Counted from the stretch's first letter, positions 1 to 9,489 are shown. The stretch: 64,000 nt of DNA from Candidatus Krumholzibacteriota bacterium (GCA_963764625.1 CAVXTH010000006.1:384001-448000), one strand, 5' to 3'. Numbers and translations: made by a program. Notes: a model not told the origin generated them from the sequence alone.

Positions 1-306
1 CGTGCGCCCGAAGAAGAGGATTTCGAACTCCCGGCCGACCTGCTCGAATCCGGTGCCTTCAGCGCTGTTGTGGCCGAAGAGGAAGAGGAGCCGGAATCTC
101 TGGAGCTCATCACCGACCCACGTAAGAAACCGGCCGATTCGGGCTCGGGTCCGGGAATGCCGCTCAGTGCGGATTTCCAGACCGGTGCATTCAAGCCTCT
201 TTCAGGGGGTACGCGCACGATCGAAGTGCCCGTGACCCTCGACGCGGATCTGTTGGACGAGGGTCAATCGGTCCGGATCATTCTGAATCTGAAGCTGCTT
301 CGCTGA
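1..306 (+). CDS. 3' end of a hypothetical protein, truncated by the window start (acidic linker plus short C-terminal beta motif)
   Basis: Frame 1 is open from base 1 (RAPEEEDFELPADLLE...TIEVPVTLDADLLDEGQSVRIILNLKLLR) to TGA at 306 and is followed by a hairpin. Confidence 0.7.
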   Translation, partial: RAPEEEDFELPADLLESGAFSAVVAEEEEEPESLELITDPRKKPADSGSGPGMPLSADFQTGAFKPLSGGTRTIEVPVTLDADLLDEGQSVRIILNLKLLR

Positions 307-343
307 GCGGACGCGTACCAACCCAGCGAGCGCGCACCTGATC

Positions 344-380
344 GAGCCGGAGGCGGATTGCCTCCGGCTCTCGTTTCGTT
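344..380 (+). terminator. Putative intrinsic terminator
   Basis: 11-bp stem GAGCCGGAGGC/GCCTCCGGCTC with a 5-nt loop, followed by TCGTTTCGTT. Confidence 0.6.
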
Positions 381-396
381 CCCTTCCGCGACGAGA

Positions 397-425
397 TTGA
401 CAGCGAACCCGGTGCGTCCTAGCCT
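397..425 (+). promoter_or_regulatory. sigma70-type promoter for the TPR-trpA-uppP-moeA unit
   Basis: TTGACA (397-402), 17-nt spacer, TAGCCT (420-425). Confidence 0.6.
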
Positions 426-467
426 GCGCTGAGACCGCCTCTGGTTCCCCATCTCAGGTCGTGATCG

Positions 468-1319
468 ATGTCTGAAGCTTCGCTGCGGTTGCAATCGACG
501 AATGATGATCCCGTTGCGCGGGCTCGTGTGCTCGAGAACGAAGGACGTCTCGAGGAAGCGATGCAAGTACTGGCCGCGCTCCCCGAAGGGCCCCGTTCCT
601 CGGCGGACGCCAGCTACCGCGTGGCGCACATCTGCCTGCAACAGGGGAAGTTGGAGGAGGCGGAATCCTGGCTCCGCCAAACCCTGAACTTGCGCTACGA
701 GGATGCACGTGCGCATACGAATCTCGGAGTGGTTCTCGATCTGCGTGGCCGTCACCAGGATGCGATCCGGGCCTTTCGCAGGGCGATCCAGCTGGCTCCC
801 GACGAACCCGCGGCGTACCTGAATCTGGGCGCGATCTACGGCGAGCTCGGACGTCACGAAGATGCGGTCCGCTGTCTCGAGCGCTGCCTCGAGCTGGCAC
901 CGGCCTTCGATGCGATGTTCAACCTGGCTCTGGTGCGCTTGCGCCAGGGCGAATTGGCTCCAGCGGAGAGACTCCTCGAGAGCGCTCTGAACGAGAGTGG
1001 AGATCATCCTCTGGCCCACTACTACTTGGGGCTCTGTCGTTCGCGTCGCGGGCTGCTTAAGGAAGCCACGCACGCCTTCGAAGCCGCGCTGGCGTGCAAC
1101 GCCGATCTCGTGCGTGCGCGCTATCACCTGGGAAAGGTTCATCGCCGTCTCGGTCATCCTCACGACGCGGTGCGGGAGCTCAAGAAGGTGGCGCATGCCC
1201 TCCCCGACGATGCGCAGGTCATGCGCGAGTTGGGTTTCGCCTACGACGCACTCTCCTTGAAATCGGAGTCTCTCCGGTGCTTTCGTCGAGCTCGCATGCT
1301 CGACGAGACGGACAGTTGA
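468..1319 (+). CDS. Tetratricopeptide repeat protein
   Basis: 283 aa of tandem TPR helices (AHTNLGVVL, AYLNLGAIY, AMFNLALVR, AHYYLGLC, ARYHLGKVH). Confidence 0.9.
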   Translation: MSEASLRLQSTNDDPVARARVLENEGRLEEAMQVLAALPEGPRSSADASYRVAHICLQQGKLEEAESWLRQTLNLRYEDARAHTNLGVVLDLRGRHQDAIRAFRRAIQLAPDEPAAYLNLGAIYGELGRHEDAVRCLERCLELAPAFDAMFNLALVRLRQGELAPAERLLESALNESGDHPLAHYYLGLCRSRRGLLKEATHAFEAALACNADLVRARYHLGKVHRRLGHPHDAVRELKKVAHALPDDAQVMRELGFAYDALSLKSESLRCFRRARMLDETDS

Positions 1320-1342
1320 ATGTTGGCCAGGCAGGACTCCCG

Positions 1343-2158
1343 GTGAATCCGCGAACTCCCAAGACGCCCCCTTCGGTGCGGGGTGCGCTCCTCGCGGCGC
1401 GCGCGCGTGGGCACTGTGCCCTCGTTCCCTACCTCACCCTGGGCTATCCCTCGCTCGACGCCAGCCTGGAGTTGCTCGCCGGGCTCGAGGAGCTGGGAGT
1501 GGACGTGGTCGAGCTGGGAGTGCCCTTCAGTGATCCGGTGGCCGACGGCCCCACCATCCAGCGCACGATCGAGGCGGCCCTCGCCCAGGGCGTGACGCTT
1601 CGCAAGATCCTGAAGCGGCTCGATCCCTCGAATTCTCACACCCCGCGCGTGCTCTTCAGCTATTTCAATCCCCTCCTGAGCTTCGGTCTACGCGAGCTGC
1701 CGGCCGCTCTCGCCCCGTGCGGAGTGGGGGCCGCCTTGGTGACGGACCTCGTGGTCGAGGAAGCCAGCGAATTCAGGCACATCGCGCAAGAGGGAGGGCT
1801 CGAGCTGTGCTTCCTGGTGGCGTCGACCTCCGGAGTGGAGCGTTTGCGACGAGCCGCCGAGGCGAGCACCGGCTTCGTGTATTGCGTGGCCACACTGGGA
1901 GTCACGGGATCACGAACCAGCCTCGACGAGAGCGCGCGCGAGACCGTCCTCCGCTTGCGGGGCCAGAGCGAGGCGCCAGTCGCGGTCGGATTCGGAATCT
2001 CTTCGGCGGAGGACGTCACGCGGGTGCGTCAGTTCGCCGATGGTGTGGTGGTAGGGAGTGCGTTTCTGCGCGCCCTCGGGAACGAGACGAAGGCACCGAT
2101 CGTTCGACAGAGAGGTGTGGAGTTTCTGGGTCCTTTGCTGGAGGCGGCTCGTGCTTGA
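1343..2158 (+). CDS. trpA: Tryptophan synthase alpha subunit
   Basis: YLTLGYP, ELGVPFSDPVADGPTIQ, GFVY, GVTG, VGFGIS and DGVVVGSA motifs; GTG start at 1343 after GCAGGA. Confidence 0.92.
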   Translation: MNPRTPKTPPSVRGALLAARARGHCALVPYLTLGYPSLDASLELLAGLEELGVDVVELGVPFSDPVADGPTIQRTIEAALAQGVTLRKILKRLDPSNSHTPRVLFSYFNPLLSFGLRELPAALAPCGVGAALVTDLVVEEASEFRHIAQEGGLELCFLVASTSGVERLRRAAEASTGFVYCVATLGVTGSRTSLDESARETVLRLRGQSEAPVAVGFGISSAEDVTRVRQFADGVVVGSAFLRALGNETKAPIVRQRGVEFLGPLLEAARA

Positions 2159-2942
2159 TCCTGCTCACCTATCGCTGCTCCTGCTGGCACTCATTCAGGG
2201 AGCCACGGAATTTTTGCCCGTGAGCAGCAGCGGGCATCTCGCCCTCGTGCAGCTTCTGCCCTGGATTCACGCCGGCGGAATTTTCGAAGACGTCATGTTG
2301 CATCTGGGCACCCTGGGCGCGATCGTGGTGTTCTATCGGCGCGATCTGAGGGATTTACTCGTCGGGTCCATTGCGCGCAGTAGCTCAGGGAGGCAAGCGC
2401 GCCGCTATCTCGGTCTCCTCGTGCTCGGCAGCGTCCCCGCGGGAGTCATCGGAGTGCTCTTTGCCGATCGGGTGGAGAGCGCGTTCGGTCACGTGGTTTT
2501 CGTCCTCACGACCTTGGCGCTGACCGGTGTATTGCTGAAGCTGAGCGACCGCATCCCGCGCCGCGATTTCGAGTTGACCGCCCGAATCGCGTTCCTGGTC
2601 GGATGTGCGCAGGCGGTGGCGATTCTGCCGGGGTTCTCGCGCAGCGGCTGGACGATCGTGGCCGGGCTCGCTCTGGGACTGAAGCCCAAGGAGAGCGCTC
2701 GCTTCAGTTTCCTACTTTCGGTTCCGGCGATCCTGGGAGCCACCCTTCTCCAACTCGTCCACTTCCATGGCCAGCACAGCCCCTGGGCTGCTCTCGTTCC
2801 CGCCATGATCGTGGCCTTCGTGGTGGGCCTGCTCTGCTTGGGTTGGCTGGTCCGACTGGTCCAGCACATGTCGCTGGGACGCTTCGCCTACTATCTCTGG
2901 GCTCTCTGCCTCGGCGTTGCGCTCGTGCTCGTGCTTGTTTAG
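2151..2942 (+). CDS. uppP: Undecaprenyl-diphosphate phosphatase (BacA family)
   Basis: QGATEFLPVSSSGHL, HLGT, PGFSRSG and ARFSFLLSVPAILGA motifs; multi-TM; GTG start overlaps the end of trpA. Confidence 0.93.
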   Translation: MLDPAHLSLLLLALIQGATEFLPVSSSGHLALVQLLPWIHAGGIFEDVMLHLGTLGAIVVFYRRDLRDLLVGSIARSSSGRQARRYLGLLVLGSVPAGVIGVLFADRVESAFGHVVFVLTTLALTGVLLKLSDRIPRRDFELTARIAFLVGCAQAVAILPGFSRSGWTIVAGLALGLKPKESARFSFLLSVPAILGATLLQLVHFHGQHSPWAALVPAMIVAFVVGLLCLGWLVRLVQHMSLGRFAYYLWALCLGVALVLVLV

Positions 2943-2952
2943 GAATCACTGC

Positions 2953-4191
2953 ATGAACTCGCTCCGCGTGGAAGAAGCTCGTCGTCTGCTGTGGGATACG
3001 GTGCAAAGAGGTCCCACCCAACGGATCGGGCTCTCGGAGTGCCTGGGAAAGGTGCTGGCGGAGGATCTCGCCAGCGACCTGGATTTCCCGCCCTTTGATC
3101 GTGTCACCATGGATGGCTACGCGGTTCGCGCCGAGGATCTGCAGTCCGCTTCGGCGGAGAATCCCACGACTCTCGAGGTGGCGGGCGCGACCCTCGCGGG
3201 CAGCCCGTTTACGGGAAGCCTCGGCGCGGGACAGGCGGTGAAGGCCATGACCGGCGCCGTCCTACCTCATGGGGCGAATGCGGTGGTGCCAGTCGAAGAC
3301 ACCGCCGGCTTCGACGACGTGCGCGCCGTCATTCACCGGGCTCCGCTCCCCGCGGCGAACATCGCGAGGCAGGGCGAAGACTCGCGCCGCGGAGAGCTCA
3401 TCCTGCGCGCGGGAACCCATCTCACCAGCCGTCACGTGCAGACTCTGGCCTCGGCGGGACACGCCGTGGTTCCGGTCGTACGGCCTCCACTTTCGGGCGT
3501 GGCCTCCACCGGGGACGAGCTGGTGCCGATCGAAGCCCTGCCGGGTCCGGGACAGATCCGCGAGAGCAACAATGCCTGCGTGCGCGCTTCGTTAGCGGAG
3601 TGGGGAATCGCGTGCACCGAGCTGGGATCGTTCGGTGATGACCGAACTCGCCTGAGAGAGGGTCTGCGCGAGGCGCTCGCGCGGTACGAATTGCTGATTC
3701 TCAGCGGGGGAGTGAGCAAGGGGGAGAAGGACCTGGTCAAGCCGGTGCTGCAGGAGCTGGGGGTCACGCTGCGCTTTCAGAGCCTGCATCTCAAGCCGGG
3801 TCACCCCGCGGTTTTCGGGACGCATCCTGGGGGGATGGTCTTCGCCCTGCCGGGCAATCCAGTGGCGGTCTACGTGGGGCTCCGCGCCGTCTTCAGCGCC
3901 GGCCTGCGCAAGCGACTGGGATACCTGCGGGCGACCCCGCCGCGCGCCTGGGGTCAAATGGGCTTTAAATTTATTCGTAAGGGTAATCGTCCAAATTACT
4001 TACCTGTAGTACTTGAAGAAAATTCTAAAGAAGATTTACCCCTCGTGCTCTCCACTTCGCACCACGGCTCGGGTGATTTTCGCAGTCTGGCCGAGGCGGA
4101 TGCCCTGGCCTGGTTCGACGATGGGCGGGAGGTCTTTGCCGAAGGAGAACGGGTGGAGATTCTCCGTCTGGACCCGCTGCACTCGGCTTGA
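2953..4191 (+). CDS. moeA: Molybdopterin molybdotransferase
   Basis: PPFDRVTMDGYAV, TGAVLP, STGDEL, IRESN, SGGVSKG, KPGHP and LPGNPV motifs. Confidence 0.93.
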   Translation: MNSLRVEEARRLLWDTVQRGPTQRIGLSECLGKVLAEDLASDLDFPPFDRVTMDGYAVRAEDLQSASAENPTTLEVAGATLAGSPFTGSLGAGQAVKAMTGAVLPHGANAVVPVEDTAGFDDVRAVIHRAPLPAANIARQGEDSRRGELILRAGTHLTSRHVQTLASAGHAVVPVVRPPLSGVASTGDELVPIEALPGPGQIRESNNACVRASLAEWGIACTELGSFGDDRTRLREGLREALARYELLILSGGVSKGEKDLVKPVLQELGVTLRFQSLHLKPGHPAVFGTHPGGMVFALPGNPVAVYVGLRAVFSAGLRKRLGYLRATPPRAWGQMGFKFIRKGNRPNYLPVVLEENSKEDLPLVLSTSHHGSGDFRSLAEADALAWFDDGREVFAEGERVEILRLDPLHSA

Positions 4192-4273
4192 GGCTTGACC
4201 GTCCCCGGCCGTCGTCACGATCTTGAGGACGCCCGCATATTTCTCTCTTTCTCACTCTCTGGAGTTGAGCTTC

Positions 4274-5644
4274 ATGCGCAGACCCCCTCGTTCGTTCTCG
4301 CCGCGCCTCCGCTGGATTTCGGCCGAGTTCCGCACCACAGCCATTTCCCAAGTTCTGGTCCTCGGTTTTCTTGCCTGGGGTCTGCTCTCCTGCAGCAAGG
4401 GGAGCAGCGATGGAGGCACCGATCCGGGCGGCATCTTCAACCGGCCGCCCGAGGTCTCCGAGGTCCAATGGAGCAATCTCCACTTGCTGTATATCGCGGG
4501 TGATTTCTTGAGCATGACCGTCGCCGCGAGCGACGCCGATGGAGACTCGCTGCGCTACTCCTGGGAATGGGTCACGGCACCGGGAGGCAGCTTCGATGAT
4601 CCGAGCCACAAAAGCGTTGGTCTCACCGTGGGCGCGACCCCCGGGGTCTTTCAGGCCAAGGTGACGGTGAGCGACGGGGCGGCCAGCGTCAGTCGAGCGG
4701 TCGGCTTCGAAGTGGGAACGGAACTGGATGCGACGATCAGCGGCAGCACCACCTGGACCGCCGCCGGTTCTCCCTACGTGGTCACCCAGGATGTGACCGT
4801 GCCGGTGGGCGCCACCCTGACGGTGGAGCCGGGGGTCAAAGTGCAGTTGCGCGAACACTTCTCGGGTGCAGCCTTGGTGAACTCCGGGATCAGTGTCCAG
4901 GGCGCCCTCCACGCGGTGGGCACGGGAACCGCGCCGGTGGACTTCGGCGGCAACGCGAACGGCTCCTCCACCGACATCACGCAGAGCGGAATCGAGCTCA
5001 AGGCCGGTGGCGAGCTGGAGCTGCGCTTCTTTCGGCTTTCTCAGGCTTCGGTGGGTGTGCTGAAGCAAGGCGCGAGCACTTGCGTGATCGAGGACGGGAG
5101 ATTCAATTCCTGCCAGGCGGCCTACCAGGGCCTCATCGACGCGGGAAGCACGCCGACCAGCGTCTTGCGACGAGTGGAAATCCGGGATTGCGCCGGCAGG
5201 GGGATCTTTCTCAACCAGGGCGACCTCACGCTGGACGAAGTCTCGGTACGGAATTCCAAGGGGGCTGGGGTCTTCCTCTCCAGCAATCAGGATCTGGTCA
5301 CCACCAGCGCGGTTCTTCGCCGCTGCGAGCTGGATAGCAACGAGGGCGGAAATCTCGTCCTGGACGGAAACGCCACGGTGGACATGGGATGCTGCAATCT
5401 CATCCCCGCCAGTGGAGACGGCAAAAACGTGACATTCCAGGCCAATAATAAGGCACCGGCCGGGGTGCTCCCCATGGTCGACTGCTTCTGGGGGCTCTCC
5501 TCTCCGCAGGACGAGGAGGAGATCCGGAATGCCACCTTCGAAGGGCGGCTGGATCAGGCTACCTGGGCCCGGGACACCGATCTGAGCGGCTTCCGCGCCG
5601 CGGCCATCGACTTCACCAACCCCGGCGACCCCTGTAACCAGTAG
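4274..5644 (+). CDS. Predicted lipoprotein with Ig/PKD-like domain and right-handed beta-helix repeats
   Basis: Lipobox LLS-C, NRPP...ASDADGDSLRYSW Ig motif, TTWTAAGSPYVV...TLTVEPGV beta-helix cap, G-x-G-(I/V) repeats; ATG 4274 after GGAG. Confidence 0.75.
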   Translation: MRRPPRSFSPRLRWISAEFRTTAISQVLVLGFLAWGLLSCSKGSSDGGTDPGGIFNRPPEVSEVQWSNLHLLYIAGDFLSMTVAASDADGDSLRYSWEWVTAPGGSFDDPSHKSVGLTVGATPGVFQAKVTVSDGAASVSRAVGFEVGTELDATISGSTTWTAAGSPYVVTQDVTVPVGATLTVEPGVKVQLREHFSGAALVNSGISVQGALHAVGTGTAPVDFGGNANGSSTDITQSGIELKAGGELELRFFRLSQASVGVLKQGASTCVIEDGRFNSCQAAYQGLIDAGSTPTSVLRRVEIRDCAGRGIFLNQGDLTLDEVSVRNSKGAGVFLSSNQDLVTTSAVLRRCELDSNEGGNLVLDGNATVDMGCCNLIPASGDGKNVTFQANNKAPAGVLPMVDCFWGLSSPQDEEEIRNATFEGRLDQATWARDTDLSGFRAAAIDFTNPGDPCNQ

Positions 5645-5779
5645 GCGGACGCCTCTTGGCCCGCTCCCGGCCCGGGGCGGGCATACCCCTTGCATTCTGA
5701 ACCGCGGGGGCCCGAGCGCCCTCAGCCTCGTCGTGCCCGAGGGCACGCGTCCGATGGGGGGTCGCCGTCTGGAGATATC

Positions 5780-6841
5780 ATGGGGATCTTTCTGGAAGTA
5801 TTGGAATGGTTCGATGAGAGCGGCGAGGAGATGGCCCATCGCCTCCCGCCGGAGGGTTCGGCCGACATAAAGTTCGGCGCTCAGCTCATCGTTCGGGAGA
5901 GTCAACGGGCCGTCTTCTTCAATGGAGGCAAGGTCCGCGACGTGTTCGGCCCCGGTCGACACACGCTGAGCTCGAAGAACCTTCCCCTGATCACCCGGGC
6001 CCTCGCCCTTCCCTGGGGATTCACCAGTCCCTTCCGTTGCGAAGTCTACTTCCTCAACGAGAAGACCTTCACCGATTTGAAATGGGGAACGCGCGAGCCG
6101 GTGATCTTCCACGATCGGCGCCTGGGCAGCGTGCGGCTTCGTGCTTACGGACAGACGACCTTTCGTATCGTGGATCCAGAGCCCTTCATCCACAAGCTCG
6201 TGGGCACGCAGGGAAGCTACACCACGAGCGATTTGACCGACTATCTGCGCGACGTCGTCATCGCACGCCTCAACGACTACCTGGGAGAAAACCTGGACAG
6301 CGTGTTCGATCTGCCCGCGCTCTACGATGAGACCGGAGTCGCGTTGAAGGAGAAACTCGAGGGCGACTTTTCGAAGTACGGGCTCGAGTTGGTGGACTTC
6401 TTCATCACCGCGATCACTCCGCCCGAAGAAGTGGCGAGCATGGTGGATACCCAGGGCGGATTGGCGCTGGTGGACGACATGCCGCGCTACATGCAGTACC
6501 AGCTCGCCAAGGCGATCCGCAAGGGACCGGGCGAGGCTGAGGGCGGTTCACAGACGATGGACGCCGGCATGGGGTTGGGTCTGGGAATGCTAGTTCCCGG
6601 AATGCTCGCAGGTGGCCTCAAGTCCGCCACCGCGCAAGCAACGGTACAATGTCCCGCCTGTCATGCGAGTGTCGCTCCTTCGCGTTTTTGCTCCTCCTGC
6701 GGACACGCTCTGAAGCCGGTGGAAGCGGTGGACTCGGTCTGCGCGGAGTGCCAGGAGAAGCTCCCCAAGGGAGCGAGCTTCTGTCCCTCTTGTGGTGCGG
6801 CGGTCGAGAGAGGTGGCCAAGGCTCGTCGGAGAAGGACTAA
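5780..6841 (+). CDS. SPFH (band 7) domain protein with C-terminal double zinc ribbon, YdjI-like
   Basis: GAQLIVRESQRAVFF, FGPGRHTL, KWGT..P, VRLRAYG motifs; C-terminal CPAC/CSSCG and CAEC/CPSCG. Confidence 0.88.
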   Translation: MGIFLEVLEWFDESGEEMAHRLPPEGSADIKFGAQLIVRESQRAVFFNGGKVRDVFGPGRHTLSSKNLPLITRALALPWGFTSPFRCEVYFLNEKTFTDLKWGTREPVIFHDRRLGSVRLRAYGQTTFRIVDPEPFIHKLVGTQGSYTTSDLTDYLRDVVIARLNDYLGENLDSVFDLPALYDETGVALKEKLEGDFSKYGLELVDFFITAITPPEEVASMVDTQGGLALVDDMPRYMQYQLAKAIRKGPGEAEGGSQTMDAGMGLGLGMLVPGMLAGGLKSATAQATVQCPACHASVAPSRFCSSCGHALKPVEAVDSVCAECQEKLPKGASFCPSCGAAVERGGQGSSEKD

Positions 6842-6845
6842 CGCG

Positions 6846-7622
6846 ATGGCGGTGCTGGTCCGCTGTAACCACTGCGGCGCTCCACACCGCGTGGTCGCGG
6901 CCGGAGAGCGATTCCGGTGCGACTACTGCCGGGGATGGAACGTGCTCGAGGACTCCGCGGGGTCGGAGGAGCTGGTCTGTCCCACGACCACCCGTTCCGC
7001 TCGGATCAAGGACTCCGTGCTCCGTCATCTCCATCAGCTTGGGCTGTCCTGTCTTTCGGTGAAGATGGAAGCCAGGGTCCCGTTGCCGGTGTGGCAGCTC
7101 GTCTCGCAGCATGGCGAGGAGTTCTTTCTGCCCGCGGCCTTGCGCAACGAGCCCGTGATCACCGGTCTACAAGCTCCTGCACTTCATCTGGTGTCCCGCG
7201 ATGATCCCAAAGCGCAGGGTTTCGAGATGCCGGCCTCGGCGCTCGAGGTGTCTCAGGACCAGGCGGAGGCAGCCGCTCTGGCCAGCTTTCAGGAACCCGA
7301 TTCGACTCTGCAGAGCGTGCGACTGATTTGGCTCTCTCTGGTTCCGCTGCGCGTTCGCTTCCGGAGCGGAAGCCACACCGGCTTCTATCTGGACGGCGCG
7401 GACAGAGTGCTACTCGGTTCGCTGCCCGATGCGGCCGGTGACGAAGCGCTTCGTCCGGAACTGGCGCTGGGACTCACTGGTTTCTTGGTACTCTGTTTGG
7501 TTCTCGGCGCACTTTGCCGCGAATGGGGAACTCGGATTCTCGTCCTTCTCGCTTGCGCCGGTGCGAGCTGGATTCTCTTCCGTTCGATCCTTCCGGCCTG
7601 GGTCAAGGAGCGTCGGTCGTGA
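6846..7622 (+). CDS. Zn-ribbon membrane protein, YdjG-like (paralog 1)
   Basis: CNHCGAP...CDYC at the N-terminus, LPVW motif, two C-terminal TM helices. Confidence 0.75.
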   Translation: MAVLVRCNHCGAPHRVVAAGERFRCDYCRGWNVLEDSAGSEELVCPTTTRSARIKDSVLRHLHQLGLSCLSVKMEARVPLPVWQLVSQHGEEFFLPAALRNEPVITGLQAPALHLVSRDDPKAQGFEMPASALEVSQDQAEAAALASFQEPDSTLQSVRLIWLSLVPLRVRFRSGSHTGFYLDGADRVLLGSLPDAAGDEALRPELALGLTGFLVLCLVLGALCREWGTRILVLLACAGASWILFRSILPAWVKERRS

Positions 7623-8599
7623 AGCAGGAGGTTCCACAGCTCAGAATCCGTGGGCTCTCCTGTCCGCGTTGCGCGGGCGCCCTCGAGATGCTCGACGGCG
7701 ATCCCGAGACCATGCGCTGCGGGTACTGTGGTCACCGATTCCTCGATTGGGACGACCGGGGCATCGCCTCCTTCGCTCCCTGCGGGCGTCTGGGTCGACG
7801 GCGTGCCCTCCGGGTTCTGAGGGATGCACTGGACGAAGTCGGGGTGCGCGGCCACGCGGTCGAGGAGGCGCGCCGCTTCCATCTTCCCTTCTGGTTTCTG
7901 GAAGCGAAGCTCGTGGGCTGGCAGAGATATCGACGGCGACGCAAGGCGCAACCGGCCGGGGTCTACGCACCCACCGGTCCCCTGGAGATCGAAGAGGAAA
8001 TCGAGGAGGAGAACTTCGGCCACAACGTGGTGTACTCCACGCCAGCGTGCGACCTGCGCGAGTTTGGCCTCTTGGGAGTTGCGGGGAGAGCCCAGAGATT
8101 GAGCCTGCGTCCCTTCGACATGGAATCGGTCAAAGCGGATGAAACCGTGTGTGCGGTGCTGCGTGCGCGTTCGGTGATCCAGCGCAGGGCGCGGCTCTAC
8201 CACGCAGCGCGAGTGACGCCCAAACTCGCGCGCCATTGCGTCCAGAGGATCCTTCTCGTCCGTCCGAGGATGCGCCTCATCTACTATCCGGTGTGGCGCT
8301 TGCGGTACCGGGCGAGCGGGCATGCGGTGGAGGCCGTGGTGGATGGACTGCGCCCCGAGCTCCTGCGCGGAACCTATCCCGAGAAAGAGAACGACCGCCT
8401 CGTCCAGTGGATTGGCACCGGCGGCGTTTTTGGTCTGACGGCTGGAGTGAATCCGATTCTCGCCACGGCGGGGACGATGGGGTGGGTGCTCTGGCGTCTA
8501 ACCCACGATGAAGTCTCGGGACGGCCTGGTGAACTCGCGGCCTGGCTACGCCGGCAGGTTGGGGGAAAGAGGTTCGCCATCAAGAACTTCAAAAGCTAA
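7619..8599 (+). CDS. Zn-ribbon protein, YdjG-like (paralog 2)
   Basis: CPRCAG...CGYCG, HLPFWF and LIYYPVWRLRY...VDG motifs, hydrophobic C-terminal segment; GTGA overlap with the upstream gene. Confidence 0.78.
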   Translation: MKQEVPQLRIRGLSCPRCAGALEMLDGDPETMRCGYCGHRFLDWDDRGIASFAPCGRLGRRRALRVLRDALDEVGVRGHAVEEARRFHLPFWFLEAKLVGWQRYRRRRKAQPAGVYAPTGPLEIEEEIEEENFGHNVVYSTPACDLREFGLLGVAGRAQRLSLRPFDMESVKADETVCAVLRARSVIQRRARLYHAARVTPKLARHCVQRILLVRPRMRLIYYPVWRLRYRASGHAVEAVVDGLRPELLRGTYPEKENDRLVQWIGTGGVFGLTAGVNPILATAGTMGWVLWRLTHDEVSGRPGELAAWLRRQVGGKRFAIKNFKS

Positions 8600-8611
8600 G
8601 CGAGGTTGACC

Positions 8612-9280
8612 ATGCCATTCATCGATCTGTCATGTCCCACCTGTGGCGCCCCTCTCTCGGGTTCCGCTTCGATCCGGATCTACGTCTGCGAGGCGTGCGC
8701 CACGACCTGCACTCCCCTGGGTGGGGCCAAGGGAAAGGGGACTTCGTCGCCCCTGTGGATTCCTCCGCGCCGACTGCTTCGTCCCCGTCTCGACCTCCCC
8801 GCGCGCGGGTCGATTCTCCTGCTTCCTCTCTGGGTGCTCCCTCTCAAGGAAGGGAAGGAAAACCCGAATCTTCCCTCTGAGCTGCGCGTTCCGGCCGTGG
8901 GCCGAGCCGCCTTCGGGCGACTGGTGGAGACGGCGCGCCGGCTGAGCCGCACCAACTCTCCGCTGGACGAATTCCCCGAGGAGGAGGCCAGGCCCATCCC
9001 GCGCCCGCCGCAGGGAGAGCTCGAGGTGGAAGAGGCCTACGCGATCGCGGAGATCGTGGCCCTCGGCCAGGTCAAGGGATGGCCCTCCGACGAAGAGGCG
9101 AAGTCGTGGGAGCCCAAATTCGGGCCGCTGCGGCTGGTGGATCTCCCCTGCGCGGAGGCCGGGGGCGGTCTCATGGATCTGGTGTTCGGATTGGCGGTCG
9201 ATTCGGCCCTCCGGCGGGTCCTGGAACCCCTCGACGCTCGCGCCCGCCTCGAGGGTGGGCTGGTCGAGTCTCCCGCCTAG
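8612..9280 (+). CDS. Zn-ribbon protein (paralog 3, soluble)
   Basis: CPTCGAPL...CEAC, LLPLW and LRLVDLP motifs; ATG 8612 after GAGG. Confidence 0.72.
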   Translation: MPFIDLSCPTCGAPLSGSASIRIYVCEACATTCTPLGGAKGKGTSSPLWIPPRRLLRPRLDLPARGSILLLPLWVLPLKEGKENPNLPSELRVPAVGRAAFGRLVETARRLSRTNSPLDEFPEEEARPIPRPPQGELEVEEAYAIAEIVALGQVKGWPSDEEAKSWEPKFGPLRLVDLPCAEAGGGLMDLVFGLAVDSALRRVLEPLDARARLEGGLVESPA

Positions 9281-9356
9281 AGTTCGGGAACTCGGCCAGG
9301 ACCGATTGCGTAGAAGAATCACTGCGCTGGCGTGAGAGTCAGATTCTTCATGCACT

Positions 9357-9398
9357 GAAAGCGGCCCCCGCTCACCTCCCGGGGGCCGTTTCGTTTCT
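9357..9398 (+). terminator. Putative terminator of the SPFH operon
   Basis: GAAAGCGGCCCCCG-loop-CGGGGGCCGTTTC followed by GTTTCT. Confidence 0.55.
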
Positions 9399-9489
9399 CG
9401 CGAAGAATCGGTCTCGCCTGTATCCTTCAGGCGCCCCGGGGACCCTTTCCATCGTTTTTTGGGTACCCATTGGCTGGAAAGGATCTTCA

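Noticed and set aside
4025-6193. Long antisense ORFs (722 aa here; also 25594-27240, 39277-40797, 42714-44228 and others)
   Set aside because: Shadow frames of well-supported genes on the opposite strand, expected in high-GC DNA, with no recognisable motifs.
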